In this document: one piece after another, positions 63,636 through 64,000 of the stretch | Layout of the letters: each line of letters begins with the position of its first letter | Numbering within the stretch: the first letter of the stretch is position 1 | Assembly: GCA_965203295.1 (NCBI GenBank) | Contig: CBDBCZ010000017.1 | Location: 1,472,001 to 1,536,000 of the forward strand | Length of the DNA: 64,000 bases | Reading direction: 5' to 3' | Source of the DNA: Nitrospirales bacterium | GTDB lineage: Bacteria; Nitrospirota; Nitrospiria; Nitrospirales; UBA8639 | Position numbers and translations under genes: made by a program | The notes under the pieces: model-generated | Seen by the model: only the letters and a program-made list of their open reading frames with translations | The model's database searches: none | What the model was told of the DNA's origin: nothing

Positions 63636-64000
63636 CCACGTATGGTCAACTGTATTATAGAAGCATTCAAAAGGCATGTAATTTGCAAATAACATAGTGC
63701 ATCACCATTGATCACTGTATGTTTGTCGCCTACATACATGTATCTTGCTTTGATGGCATGCAATGATATGGACCCTTTACCATTATGATGTAATGGGGGG
63801 AGGGGGAATAGGCACTAAATGAAAATTTACATGCGTGCATATGCCATGTATACATGTACATTTTACATGCATGCATATGCCATGTATACATGTAGCTGTG
63901 CTTGGGGTAACAGTTGTCACTAACAGCTTATGCCAGGTATACATATATTGATGTGCTTGGGGTAACAGTTGTCACTAATAGAGAAATACATGTACATGTA

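Overview
Eukaryotic, intron-rich animal DNA; the repeat landscape suggests an invertebrate, possibly a sponge (inference only). The window is dominated by a head-to-tail tandem array of three anoctamin/TMEM16 (Ca2+-activated channel/scramblase) genes on the minus strand. ANO-A shows exons 1-9 (714-8272) and runs toward or off the window start. ANO-B is complete (21 exons, 9722-24031, about 1026 aa). ANO-C has 20 constant exons (25299-43870). I traced exon boundaries and phases by hand and they match between paralogs. The main finding is that ANO-C has no single first exon. Four homologous, intact, phase-0 candidate first exons (ATGs at 49414, 50435, 54388, 56766) lie in tandem upstream of one shared exon 2, a variable-first-exon/constant-region layout like clustered protocadherins or UGT1. 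All four encode a P[IL]GFxxLV motif and three also carry an acidic dileucine sorting motif. ANO-B has substitutions at pore and Ca2+-site positions and a GC-AG intron. Upstream is a nearly intronless WS/DGAT-like acyltransferase gene with a variant catalytic motif (HHCLASG). The window also holds an orphan GH3 glycosidase-like exon, many MITE/Helentron-like elements, a tRNA-derived element, a telomere-like array and several satellites. Nothing here was checked against databases or transcripts.
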